A stretch of 64,000 nt of DNA, from NCBI GenBank assembly GCA_030390025.1, contig CM059432.1, positions 4,898,001-4,962,000 of the forward strand. Reading direction: 5' to 3'. Position numbers and translations under genes: made by a program. The notes under the pieces are model-generated. The model had not been told where the DNA came from. It saw nothing but the letters and a program-made list of their open reading frames with translations, and ran no database searches. Source of the DNA: Squalus acanthias. Its lineage: Eukaryota. This document shows positions 38,776 through 52,400 of this stretch, piece after piece (position 1 is the first letter of the stretch; every line of letters begins with the position of its first letter).

Positions 38776-41004
38776 GGCCCGGATTTTGTGTTCCCCATGA
38801 CGGCGTACACTGAGCGTACGCCATCGTAAGTCTTGTAAAAGGCCCAAGTTCCGGGTTTCCGCATGTGCTGCGCATGCGTGAAAACCCAGAACGTGCAATC
38901 TGTCAAGGTTCGCCTTGACAGATCTACCGCACCAACCCAACAATCACTTTCGCTGGTGCAGGGTTGGGCTAGTTGCCCAACTACTGCCCAAAAAATGCCC
39001 ACAAAAACTTTATGCCTGGTAAAAGCAGGCATAGGCTCTGCTTTCACCAGCATGAGGGTTAATATAAATCTTAAATTAAAAAATTAAAAATCATGCATAA
39101 ACATTTAAAATTAGTATATGTAAATTTTGGCCTGGATTAAAAAAAATTTTGAAAAATAATTTTAAACATATTATAAATGCTTTATTGGAGGGACTTTTAA
39201 TTAAATTGGAAAATGGGAACATTTATTTTTATTCCAGTTGTATAAATTATTTTATTTGGGGATTCCTCATATGCTTATAGGATTACATAGGATATACGGC
39301 ACAGAAACAGGCCATTCGGCCCAACCAGTCCGTGCCGGCGTTTATGTTCCACTCGAGCCTCCTCTCGTCTTTCCTCATCTAACTCCATTAGCATAACCCT
39401 CTATTCCCTTCTCCCTCATATGGTTATCTAGCCTCCCCTTAAATGCATCAACCACTCCCTGTGATAGCGAGTTCCACATTCTCACCACTCTTTGGGTAAA
39501 GAAGTTTCTTCTGAATTCCCTATTTGATTTCTTGGTGACTATCTTATATTGATGGCCTCTAGTTATGCTCTTCCCCACAAGTGGAAACATTCTCTCTGTG
39601 TCCACTCTATCAAAACCTTTCATAATTTTAAAGACCTCTATTAGGTCACCCCTCAGCCTGTTTCAAGAGAAAAGAGACTCAGCCTGTTCATCCTTTCATG
39701 ATAGGTATACCCTCGCATTTCTGGTATCATCCTTGTAAATCTTCTCTGCACCCTCTCCAGTGCCTCTATATCCTTTTTATAATATGGCGACCAGAACTGT
39801 ACCCAGGTCCGATGCAGGTTTAGCATAACTTCCCTACTTTTCAATTCTATCCCTCTAGAAATAAACCCTAGTGCTTGGTTTGCTTTTTTTATGGCCTTGC
39901 TAACCTGTGTCGCAACTTTTAGTGATTTGTGTATTTGTACTCCTAGATCCCTTTGTTCCTCTACCTCACCCACACTCGCACCCTCCAAGTAATAAGTGAC
40001 CTCCCTATTCTTTCCACCAAAATGTAATTCCTCACATTTATTTGTGTTGAACTTCATGTGTCAATTATATGCCCATTCTGCAAGTTTATTAATGTCCTGT
40101 AATTTGTCGCAGTCTTCCTCAGTATTAACTATCCCCCCCAATTTGGTGTCATCCGTAAATTTAGAAATTGTGTTTTTGATTCCAACGTCTAAATCGTTAA
40201 CATAAATTGTGAACAGTGGTCCCAGCACTGATCCTTGTGGAACACCACTACCCACCTTCTGCCACTGTGAATAGCTACCCTTTACTCCTACTCTCTGCTT
40301 TCTGTCTTGAAGCCAGTTCGTAAATGGAATCCCCTTAAGCATATTAGGAAGGCAGCAACTGCTGCCAGCGAAGTTGAAGTAGTTGCGCATGCGCAGTTTG
40401 TGTTTATTTGGTTGCTCGCTAACTGAAAAGAAAGAGAAAGGAGGGGAGGAGGTGGTGAAAAGCGATCGCTGCTGCCGAACACAGCCACGTCAGGAAAAGA
40501 AAATCTGTGCCAGAAAAACACAGCAAACGTCAATTTTTATTAATTTTCTTCTCCTTTCCCTTCAGATGGAGCTTGCGCTCCGTACAAATAAATCTCCGCA
40601 ATCCCCCCCAGCGAAATTACTATACAGTAATACTTAAATCAACCCGCGTTACTACGCATTATTAAACCAACCCATAGCTCCATAGATTTAGGCATGCGAT
40701 ATGACTATATTATTATGCATTCATACTTAAACCACCACAAATTTATGCGCAGAACGCTTCTGCGCAGCTTCCAGTCGTTGGCAGCAGTTACCGGGTTCGT
40801 TGGCAGCAGTCACTCTGCATTAGGAATCCTCCTTTCTGATTGGAGGACCTGGCCCACGCGATTCTGAATGGCCTGCGTCCTTGGGCCTTTACTGCAGGCC
40901 CAGGACCCGAAGTCTCCGAAAGGTAGGTGCGGCTTTTTAAAAAAATATAAAATCGGGTTGGAGGCGTACTCCGGAGGTACGCCACCGAATGCAAATTCCA
41001 GCCC
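38776..41004. mobile_element. Harbinger-like non-autonomous element with an internal CR1 insertion at about 39280-40320 (copy 2 at 50142-52370)
   Basis: Imperfect TIRs GGCCCGGATTTTG / CAAATTCCAGCCC. Both ends carry a subterminal hairpin GGCGTAC-N-GTACGCC. It sits within a LINE (ttctatga)n tail; the TSD is not clean. Confidence 0.5.
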
Positions 41005-41504
41005 AGTGATTCTATGAATGGCTTCCCTCATCCTTAGTTATCTTGTTGGTTTGGATATTCGGGACACTATTAAAATTTGCGCTGGACGAAAAGCAGGGAG
41101 TATGGCTAACTCTGAAGAGTGTTCAGGGAAATATGTACAGCTTAGAAGATTGGGCAGATAGATGTCAGATGAAATTTAATGCAGAGATGGCATATTTCCT
41201 CTCCTTATTCTCCCTCCCAAAATGTAACGAAATGGTTAAACTTAAGAGATTTAGGGATTCAGATATACAAGTCTTCAAAATTGGGAGGACAAGTTGATTA
41301 AGCAGTAAAACAAAATAGACAAGCCTGAGTTTTATAAATAGGGGTACTGAGTACGAAATTGAAAGGCTTAATGCTTAAACTACACAAATTACTGGTTAGA
41401 CCACTCCTGGAATATTGTGTCTAGTTTTAGATTCACTAAGATTATAGCAGAAATTAGAGGCTTTGGTTATTAGGAGAGATTAGAGACACAGGGGCTCTTT
41501 TCAT

Positions 41505-41935
41505 CAGGAACAGTAGCATAGTAGTTATGTTACTGGACTAGTAATCCAGAGGCCTAGACTACTTATCCGGAGACATGAGTTCAAATCCCACCACGGCAGC
41601 TGGGGAATTTAAATTCAGTTAATTAAATTTAAAAAAAAGCTAGCATCAGTAATGGTGAGCATGAAACTACCGGATTGCTGTAAAAACCCATCTTTAGGAA
41701 GGAAATCTGCCGTCCTTACCCAGTCTGGCCTACATGTAACTCCAGACCCACAGCAATGTGGTTGACTCTTAACTGAAATGGCCGAGCGAGACTCTCAGTT
41801 GTACCAAACTGCAGCAACACGGACTGCAGCGGTTCAAGAAGGCGGCTTTCCACCACCTTCTCAAGAGCAAGTAGGGATGGGCAATAAATGATGGCCTCGC
41901 CAGCAACGCCTACATCCCATGAATGAATAAAACAA
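41505..41935 (+). mobile_element. tRNA-derived SINE sharing its 3' tail with the 13605-16070 LINE family (copy 2 at about 52871-53286)
   Basis: Head tagcatagtagttatgttactggactagtaatcc...gagttcaaatccc; tail ctgcagcggttcaagaaggcggc...gggatgggcaataaatg. Confidence 0.75.
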
Positions 41936-42759
41936 ATTACACTAGTGAAGGCTGAGGGAGATCTTTTAGGTGGTGTTCAAAATTATGAACAGAAACTAGA
42001 GAGCATATATTTACGACCAAAAAAAGGTTAGAACTATTATTTTTTTTTTTTAAAGAGGGGTTTTAGGACGTGGAATATACAAGAAACAGCGGTGAAAGAA
42101 GGAGCCATATAAGCTTTTAAAGGGAAGTGGATAAATACTTTAAAAAAAATAAACAGGAATGCAGCCACAGGCACAATGGCTGGATTAGTGCTGTAACATT
42201 CTAAGGCACTAACTAATCTGTTGAAAACCCAAATGTCATTTTCATTTGTAAAAATCTATAATATAGATAAAGCATAAAAGTGCTTGAAATTAACCAGAAT
42301 ACATAATTTTTAATGTAAAAAAAATTACCAGGGAAGCATGTCCAAGGACACCCTAGAAATGCTCCACTAATTTTGTGTCTTCAACATTTGGATAACCCCT
42401 TCATTTTATTATAATTTGAATAGGGCCTTTTTGGTTTACTTCTATTGGAAGAAAAAAACCATGACCTCTACCACCTAGAAGGACAAGGGCAGCAGGCACA
42501 TGGGAACACCACCACCTCCTAGTTCCCCTCCAAGTCACACACCATCCTGACTTGGAAATATATTGCCGTTCCTTCATCGTCACTGGGTCAAAATCTTGGA
42601 ACTCCCTCCCTAACAGCACTGTGGGAGCACCTTCACCACACGGATTGCAGCGGTTCAAGGCGGCGGCTCACCACCAACTTCGAGGGCAATTAGGGATGGG
42701 CAATAAATGCTGGCCTTGCCAGTGACGCTCACATCCCAGGAACAAGTAAAAAAAAAGGC

Positions 42760-44300
42760 AAAATCATGAATGACATTCCCTATGACTGCAACCAGTGTAT
42801 TATTCCTCCTTGCCACCTCCACAGCATTCAAAACAGATGGCCACACCATCCACCTCCAGTGCCTCTCCTCAGTCACCAAGCTCCATGGGACTGCCCTTGC
42901 AGGTTTTCGTTTTACCTATCAGATGTAGCCAGTGCATTTCCAACAATAATTTCACTTTCATCGCCCATACATCACATCCTCTAGGGGCCCTCAAGGATCT
43001 ATTTTTGGCCCTCTCCCATTCCTTATCTACATGCCATCCCTTGGCAACAACTGGCGCAGGGTGCGCTTTCACATGTGTGCTGATGATACCCAGCTCTACC
43101 TCTGCCACCACTTGTCTCAATCCCTCCACTGCCTCTGTGCTGTCAAACTACTCATCTAACATTGTGTCTTGGACGAATCACATCTTCCTCCAGCTCAACA
43201 TCAGGAAAACTTACACCATCATCTTGGGCCCCGACCACAAAACTCTGGTCCCTTGTCACCGATTGCATATCTATGCCTGTTCATTCTCTCAAGCTGAAGA
43301 AAAACATTTTCAATCTCGACATCCTCATTGACCTGGAGCAGAGTTAATTAAACCACATATCCTATCCATCACAAGACCACTTACTGCCACCTCCACGGCA
43401 AGGCCTGGCTCCACCCCTTGATTCTGAATACCATATACAGACATCCAGGCCTTTGCCATTTTCAGACTCTACGATTTCAATGCTGTTCTGGCCAGCCTCC
43501 CATCCTCCATGCTCTGTAAACTTCAGCTTATCCTACCCTGCACCAAGTGGTGCTCACTGGCCTACATTGGTTCCCAGTCCCCAATGTCTCCAGTCTAACA
43601 TTACCCTTGTGTTTAAATCCCTTCATGGCCTTGCCTCTCCTTTATCTCTTCATCCTCCTCCAGCCCTACAGACACTTCCCACCCACCCCCAAAAGAACTC
43701 TCCACTCTTCCGACTGGCCCCTTGTACATCACCCTCCCTTCACCTCACCATTGATGACTGGACCGTCTGCCATCTAGGCCCCATGCTCTGAAATTGCCTC
43801 TCTAAACCCCGTCGCTTCTCTAGCCTTCCGCTCCTCTGTTAAACCTGCCTTAAAACCAACCACTTTGTCAAACTTTTGGTCACCTAATATCTCCTTCTTT
43901 GGCTCAGTGGCCATTTTTGTCCAATTATGCCTCTATGAAGCACCTTAGGATGTTTTTCTACATTAAGAAGGTACTTGTATATAAAACGCAAGTTGTTGTT
44001 GTTACTGCTGTGTTACCTTCAAACTCGACTACTCCAATGCTCAATTTGCTGTCTTTCCATCCTCCATAAACTGCAATGTATCCAAAACTCTGCTCGTCTC
44101 CTGTCCCACACCAAGTCTTGCTTGGCCATCACCCCTTCCTAGGTGACCTACAGAAACTCCCTGCCCTTCAATGCATTAATGTACAAGTCCTTGTCTATAA
44201 ATTCCTCAATATTCTTGCTGCATCCTATCTGTGGAATGCTTTAGCCCGATTTCCTGTTCGTAACACTCCATTCTTCGGTCTTTGGCCTTCTCTACGTCTA
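42760..44300 (+). mobile_element. Degenerate L2 LINE fragments (copy 2 at about 54112-55650)
   Basis: ADDTQLY-like gctgatgatacccagctctacct, plus LHWFPV and FKSLHGLA motifs. Confidence 0.7.
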
Positions 44301-45640
44301 CCCACCACTGATCACAGAATATACCTGCAGCCTGAAGTTACAAAGCCTGTACAACTGCTTGCTTTTTGCCTCAGGACCAGTCTTGAATTGGTTGGATTTT
44401 TTTTTAGGATTAATGTGGCAGCTTTGTTTTTTTAAGTTAAGTTAAGTTAAGTTTTTTAATCCTTTTCCAGTTTCTCCCCACTGTTCCTGAAGGCATCAAT
44501 TCCCACTGGAATATGGGTCCACGAGTGCTGCCTTTTAAGTCTAGCCAACAATTGTCAGTAGCTTATTCATCCAGGGCCCCTACCAGCAACCCTCACCAAC
44601 TCCAAATAAACCAACAATCGGATCTGGGAACAGCCTGGTTCATAAGGCCTAATTTCACACTCATTAGTGTCCGTACCACGGGACCCAGCAGAGGAACAAT
44701 TTATACTTTACTGAAATATTAGATTGCCGTCTCCCTTCTCACTGCACGTACATCTCAACTCCAAGTAGCAGTCAGCAATAATGAAAAGAAGAATGAAGCA
44801 GCAGGTGGGTTTCCATGTTAATGTATACAAGGGAAAGAAAAAGCTCCCACAGGATATTACATTGCAACGAATGTGTCTGCTATTGGTGAGGTTGACAGCT
44901 CTGTTACATCACATGTGACCTGGCTGGCTAAACAGAAACATAATTAGTTTGTGTCATGAGGCACAATTAGCCCAGTGATCATCAGTGCTAATCTCAAGAG
45001 AATGCTAATAAATTCTACAACTTTTCTTTCTCAAGTCCATAGGCCATTTTTCCAACACCCAGGTTCTCTGACCAAAAAAGCCATCATAAGAACCTAAGAA
45101 TGTAAGAATTAGGAGCCATATGACCCCTCGTGCCTGCTCCGCCATTCAATAAGATCATGGCTGATCTTCGACCTCAACTCCACTTTCCTGCACTATCCCC
45201 ATATCCAGCGATTCCCCTAGAATCCAAAAATCTCTCTCAGCCTTGAATATACTCAACGGCTGAGCATCCACAGCCCTCTGGGGTAGAGAATTCCAAAGAT
45301 TCACAACCCTCTGAGTGAAGAAATTCCTCCTCCTCGTAGTCTTAAATGGCCGACCCTTTATCCTAAGAGTATGCCCCCTAGTTCTAGACTCTCTAGCCAG
45401 GGAAACAACCTCTCAGCAACTACCCTGTCAATCCCCCTCAAAATCTTATATTTCAATGAGATCACCTCTCATTCTTCTAAACTCCATGAGCGTATAGGCC
45501 CAATCTATTCAAACTCATACCTGGTTAATAATTATAATTGCATTTATACAAAATTTCTGATGAATGGTAGGATACTGAGAAGTGTAGAGGAACAAGAGGG
45601 ACCTTGGAGTACATGTCCACAGATCCCTGAAGGTAGCAGG

Positions 45641-48600
45641 CTATATTCCCTCTATGCTGCGCGGTAAAAGAAACGGTCTGCGCACTTGGCTCAGGCTCAC
45701 AGCGGGGGGCTTTAATAACACAGCAGCACAGCCCCGGCCGAGAAAAGGATCCAATCGGGGAGAAGGGGCGGGGCCTCACCCGCCCTGACCAGCAGCCCGC
45801 TCCACCAATCAACACCCAAACTTCTGTGACTGGCGCCGACTCTAACCAATAGCAAGGGGCGGGGGAGGGTGGGTCCTGAGGATTCGCCAATAGCAGGTGA
45901 GAGGGGGCGGGTGCTGGATGACTTCCCCCCCCCCATGCCTGAACCGCTCTCGGTCTGCGGGCCGGTAGGAGCGGTGTGTGTCCCATTGTGTGATAGAAGA
46001 TGTTTGACAGGCCGGCAGATCCCCAGGCCGGAGCAGCAGGATGGAGAGCAGGAGGGAGGTGTTCACCAGGGCAAATGGGACAGTACGCCGGCAAGACGCG
46101 AGCAGCGAGTGTAGCGTGCACAGTTAGTGAGTGTGCCCTTGCAGCGCTGTGGGACGTTCGGTTTCTCTGTAATACTGCCGTGTTCTAGCATTTAAGACTT
46201 GCCTCCCTCCCACCTCTTACTTCGGCATTGACTGATTATTAAAGCATAGTTTTTTAAAATAATTCATAAAGACTTTTTGCACCGAACAAACTTTTATCAC
46301 CAAGTTTAATGTGCACAGAATCTGCATTATTATCACATTGCCATTTGTGGGAGCTTGCTGTGCGCCAATTGGCTGCCGTGTTTCCCACATTACAACAGTG
46401 ACTACACTCCAAAAAAGTACTTCATTGGCTGTAAAGCGCTTTGAGACGTCCGGTGGTCGTGAAAGGCGCTATAGAAATGCAAGTCTTTCTTTCTTTCATT
46501 AAAACTGTAATGAATAAATCCTGGGCCAAACACAAAAGCATGGTGAATACCCTTTGGTTCAACGGCAGCGGCTGACCATTAAACTCTGCTTAAACTCAAA
46601 GGTTAGTTAAATTACACAACCCCCTCTCTCCAAAATTCATGAATATTGCTGCTCTCCCTTACACCTTTGTACCGCTAGCTAGCGGCAGCTTTCAAATAAA
46701 GCAGTACTTTGTTATGCTGCTCGAGTGTGTTGCATTTCACAGAAAAGAGAAGGAAAAAGCCAGTACAATTAAGGGTTCACCTGTCACGAATTATTATCGC
46801 CTTTCTCCACCAGCCTGACAACCGTGATTAAAAAAAAATTAAAAATGCCGTATCTAATTGCTTTTATTTCGTAAACCGCTGGAAAGAAGAGAAAAAAAAT
46901 AAGTTTCTGAAAATTGAGAGAGCTTAATGGCGCATGGATAGTCATTGTCAACATGCTCTGGTTAATCTGCCTTTTGATTCCCTTGAGTCTGATTGAACTA
47001 TGTATTTACATCCAGTGCCAGAGTGGATGCAACAACCAAATTGGACTGTTATAACCAGGGCTAGAATTGGGGATGTGTTTCAATGGGGCTTCAATGCAAT
47101 CAACGTGGAAATGTGAGTTGCCTCATCTTCCCCCAACTCCCTCCAACACCCAACAAAAAAAGTTATACAAAATAAACCAATCAAAATTTAGAAAAGCAAA
47201 GTAAAATCAGTTGGAAACAAGATAAAATTCATCAAAAGACAAAATAAACCCATCGAAAAAAAAAAATTTAAAAAGCAAAAACAAAATAAAAACGGCCAAA
47301 AACAAGATAAAAACATCAAAAAAGCAAACTAAATCAAAAACAAAGCAAGTGCTAAATCAAAATTTATATGGTTAAAGAATATTGGATAAAATATTTTATG
47401 TCCATTCCATTTGTATGTTTGTATGATATAAGTCTGCTGTTACAACTTTACTTTTCACTTATTGTGCAAGTTTGAGTGGGATTTAGAGACAAAAATAATG
47501 AAAACATAAGAAAATAAAAAGGAATACAGTAATTTGCCATAATGCAATTCTTAAAAAGTTCCCCAACTCCCCCTGCCCATCATCCTGGGCCTGGAACCCC
47601 CGCCATACCCGAACTTGCCTTTGGGCTTGATAAAAGATATCAGATAGAATCATAGAAATTTACAGCACAGAAGGAGGCCACTCGGCCCATCTTGTCCGTG
47701 CTGGCCGACAAAGAGCTATCCACCCTAATCCCACTTTCCAGCTCTTGGTCTGTAGCCCTGCAGGTTATGGCACTTCAAGTGTATATCCAAGTACTTTTTA
47801 AATGTGATGAGGGTTTCTGCCTCTACCACCCTTTCAGTCAGTGAGTTCCAGACCCCCACCACCCTCTGGGTGAAAAGATTTCTCCTCAACTCCCCTCTAA
47901 ACCTTCTACCAATTACTTTAAATCTCTGCCCCCTGGATATCAACCCCTCTGCTAAAGGAAATAGGTCCTTCCTATCCACGCTATCTAGGCCTCTCAATTT
48001 TACACACCTCAATTAGGTCTCCCCTCAGCCTCCTCTGTTCCAAAGAAAACAACCCCAGCTTATCCAATCTTTCCTCATAGCTAAAATTCCCCAGCCCAGG
48101 CAACATCCTCGTAACTCTCCTCTGCACCCCCTCTAATGCAATCACATCCTTCCTGTACTCTAGCTGTGGCCTAACTAGTGTTTTATACAGTTCAAGCATA
48201 ACCACCCGGCTCTTCTATTCTATGCCTCGGCTAATAAAGGCAAGTATCCCGTATGCCTTCTTAACCACCTTATCTACCTGTCCTGCTACCTTCAGGGATC
48301 TGTGGACATGCATTCCAACGTCCCTCTGATCCTCTGCACTTCTCAGTGTCCTACCATTTATTGTGTATTCCCTTGCCTTGTTAGCCCTCCCCAAATGCAT
48401 TACCTCACACTTCTCCGGATTGAATTCCATTTGCCACTGTTCTTCCCACCAGACCAGTGCATTGATATCTTCCTGCAGTCTACAGCTTTCTTCTTCATTA
48501 TCAACCACACGGAAAATTTTTGTATCATCTGCAAACTTCTTAATCATACTTCCTACATTCAAGTCCAAATCATTGATATATACCACAAAAAGCAAAGGAC

Positions 48601-49404
48601 CCAGTACTGAGCCCTGCGGAACCTCACTGGAAATAGCCTTCCAGTCACAAAGTCACCCTTCGACCATTACCCTTTGTTTCCTGCCTCTGAGCCAATTTTG
48701 GATCCAACTTGCTACTTTGCCGTGGATCCCATGGGCTTTTACTTTCATGACCAGTCTGCCATGCGGGACCTTATCAAAAGCCTTACTAAAATCCATATAG
48801 GCTACATCAAACGCACTACCCTCATCGACCCTCCTTGTTACCTCCTCAAAAAATTCAATCAAGATCAATCATACAGCATAGGTGGAGGCCATTTGCCCAG
48901 TCGTGCTTGCGCCGGCTCTCTGGTAGAGCTATCCAATTAGTCCCATTCCACTGCTCTTTCGCCACAACCCTGCAAATTTTTCCTTTTCAAATATTTATCC
49001 AATTCCCTTTTGAAAGTTAATATTGAATCTGCTTCCGCAGCCCGTTCAGGCAGTGCATTCCAGATCACAACAACTCGCTGTGTTAAAAAAAAATTCTCAT
49101 CTCTGGTTACCGACCCTCCCGCCAGTGGAAACAGTTTCTCCTCATTTACAAAACCCCTCAAAATTTTGAACACCTCTATTAAATCTCCTCTTAACCTTCT
49201 CTGCTCTAAGGAGAACAATCCCAGCTTCTTTAATCTCACCAGCTAACTGAAGTCACTCATCCCTGGTAAAATTCTAGTAAATTAATTGGCACAATGAACG
49301 ATCAGAATTTTCTGTTGTTGTTGTTAACTGCCCATGGACAAAAATGTCGCACTCAGAGGAGTTTGTCGCCCGACCAGTACTAATAAAAATTAGAGGGAAC
49401 ATTG
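45641..49404. mobile_element. Non-autonomous hAT-type DNA transposon (copy 2)
   Basis: Same TIRs and TSD as copy 1, so it arose by the segmental duplication rather than by a second transposition. Confidence 0.85.
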
Positions 49405-52400
49405 GTAGCAGGACAGGTAGATTAGGTGGTTAAGAAAGCATACGGGATATTTTCCTTTATTAGTTAAGGCATAGAAGGGAGGTTATGCTTGAACTGTTAG
49501 GCCACAGCTAGAGTACTGCATACAGATCTGGTCACCGCATTACAGGAAAGATGTGACTGCACGAGAGAGGGTACAGAGGAGATTTACGAGGATGTTGCCA
49601 GGACTGGAGAATTTTAGCTATGAGGAAAGATTGGATAGGCTGGGGTTGTTTTCTTTGGAACAGAGGAGAGATTTAATTGAGGTGTATAAAATTATGAGGG
49701 GCCTAAATAAAGTGGACAGGAAGGACCTATTTCGCTTAGCAGAGGGGTCAATAAACAGGGGGCATAGATTTAAAGTAATTGGTAGAAGAATTAGAGGAGA
49801 GTCTAGAAGAACTTTTTTCACCCAGCGAGTGGTAGGGGTCTGGAACTCCTCAGCACCTTCTGAAGGGCAATTAGGGATGGGCAATAAATGCTGGCTTTGC
49901 CAGCGATGCCCACATCCCAGGAACGAATATTTAAAAAAACTCATTGCCTGAAAGGGTGGTAGAGGCAGAAACACTCATCGTATTTAAAAAGTATTTGGAT
50001 ATGCACTTGAAGTGCCGTAACCTACAGGGCTACGGACCAGGAGCTGGGAAGTGGGATTACGCTGGATAGCTCTTTTTCGGCTGGCACAGACACGATGGGC
50101 TGAATGGCCTCCTTCTGTGCCATAAATTTCTATGATTCTATGGCCCGGATTTTGTGTTCCCCATGACGGCGTACACTGAGCGTACGCCATCGTAAGTCTT
50201 GTAAAAGGCCCAAGTTCCGGGTTTCCGCATGTGCTGCGCATGCGTGAAAACCCAGAACGTGCAATCTGTCAAGGTTCGCCTTGACAGATCTACCGCACCA
50301 ACCCAACAATCACTTTCGCTGGTGCAGGGTTGGGCTAGTTGCCCAACTACTGCCCAAAAAATGCCCACAAAAACTTTATGCCTGGTAAAAGCAGGCATAG
50401 GCTCTGCTTTCACCAGCATGAGGGTTAATATAAATCTTAAATTAAAAAATTAAAAATCATGCATAAACATTTAAAATTAGTATATGTAAATTTTGGCCTG
50501 GATTAAAAAAAATTTTGAAAAATAATTTTAAACATATTATAAATGCTTTATTGGAGGGACTTTTAATTAAATTGGAAAATGGGAACATTTATTTTTATTC
50601 CAGTTGTATAAATTATTTTATTTGGGGATTCCTCATATGCTTATAGGATTACATAGGATATACGGCACAGAAACAGGCCATTCGGCCCAACCAGTCCGTG
50701 CCGGCGTTTATGTTCCACTCGAGCCTCCTCTCGTCTTTCCTCATCTAACTCCATTAGCATAACCCTCTATTCCCTTCTCCCTCATATGGTTATCTAGCCT
50801 CCCCTTAAATGCATCAACCACTCCCTGTGATAGCGAGTTCCACATTCTCACCACTCTTTGGGTAAAGAAGTTTCTTCTGAATTCCCTATTTGATTTCTTG
50901 GTGACTATCTTATATTGATGGCCTCTAGTTATGCTCTTCCCCACAAGTGGAAACATTCTCTCTGTGTCCACTCTATCAAAACCTTTCATAATTTTAAAGA
51001 CCTCTATTAGGTCACCCCTCAGCCTGTTTCAAGAGAAAAGAGACTCAGCCTGTTCATCCTTTCATGATAGGTATACCCTCGCATTTCTGGTATCATCCTT
51101 GTAAATCTTCTCTGCACCCTCTCCAGTGCCTCTATATCCTTTTTATAATATGGCGACCAGAACTGTACCCAGGTCCGATGCAGGTTTAGCATAACTTCCC
51201 TACTTTTCAATTCTATCCCTCTAGAAATAAACCCTAGTGCTTGGTTTGCTTTTTTTATGGCCTTGCTAACCTGTGTCGCAACTTTTAGTGATTTGTGTAT
51301 TTGTACTCCTAGATCCCTTTGTTCCTCTACCTCACCCACACTCGCACCCTCCAAGTAATAAGTGACCTCCCTATTCTTTCCACCAAAATGTAATTCCTCA
51401 CATTTATTTGTGTTGAACTTCATGTGTCAATTATATGCCCATTCTGCAAGTTTATTAATGTCCTGTAATTTGTCGCAGTCTTCCTCAGTATTAACTATCC
51501 CCCCCAATTTGGTGTCATCCGTAAATTTAGAAATTGTGTTTTTGATTCCAACGTCTAAATCGTTAACATAAATTGTGAACAGTGGTCCCAGCACTGATCC
51601 TTGTGGAACACCACTACCCACCTTCTGCCACTGTGAATAGCTACCCTTTACTCCTACTCTCTGCTTTCTGTCTTGAAGCCAGTTCGTAAATGGAATCCCC
51701 TTAAGCATATTAGGAAGGCAGCAACTGCTGCCAGCGAAGTTGAAGTAGTTGCGCATGCGCAGTTTGTGTTTATTTGGTTGCTCGCTAACTGAAAAGAAAG
51801 AGAAAGGAGGGGAGGAGGTGGTGAAAAGCGATCGCTGCTGCCGAACACAGCCACGTCAGGAAAAGAAAATCTGTGCCAGAAAAACACAGCAAACGTCAAT
51901 TTTTATTAATTTTCTTCTCCTTTCCCTTCAGATGGAGCTTGCGCTCCGTACAAATAAATCTCCGCAATCCCCCCCAGCGAAATTACTATACAGTAATACT
52001 TAAATCAACCCGCGTTACTACGCATTATTAAACCAACCCATAGCTCCATAGATTTAGGCATGCGATATGACTATATTATTATGCATTCATACTTAAACCA
52101 CCACAAATTTATGCGCAGAACGCTTCTGCGCAGCTTCCAGTCGTTGGCAGCAGTTACCGGGTTCGTTGGCAGCAGTCACTCTGCATTAGGAATCCTCCTT
52201 TCTGATTGGAGGACCTGGCCCACGCGATTCTGAATGGCCTGCGTCCTTGGGCCTTTACTGCAGGCCCAGGACCCGAAGTCTCCGAAAGGTAGGTGCGGCT
52301 TTTTAAAAAAATATAAAATCGGGTTGGAGGCGTACTCCGGAGGTACGCCACCGAATGCAAATTCCAGCCCAGTGATTCTATGAATGGCTTCCCTCATCCT

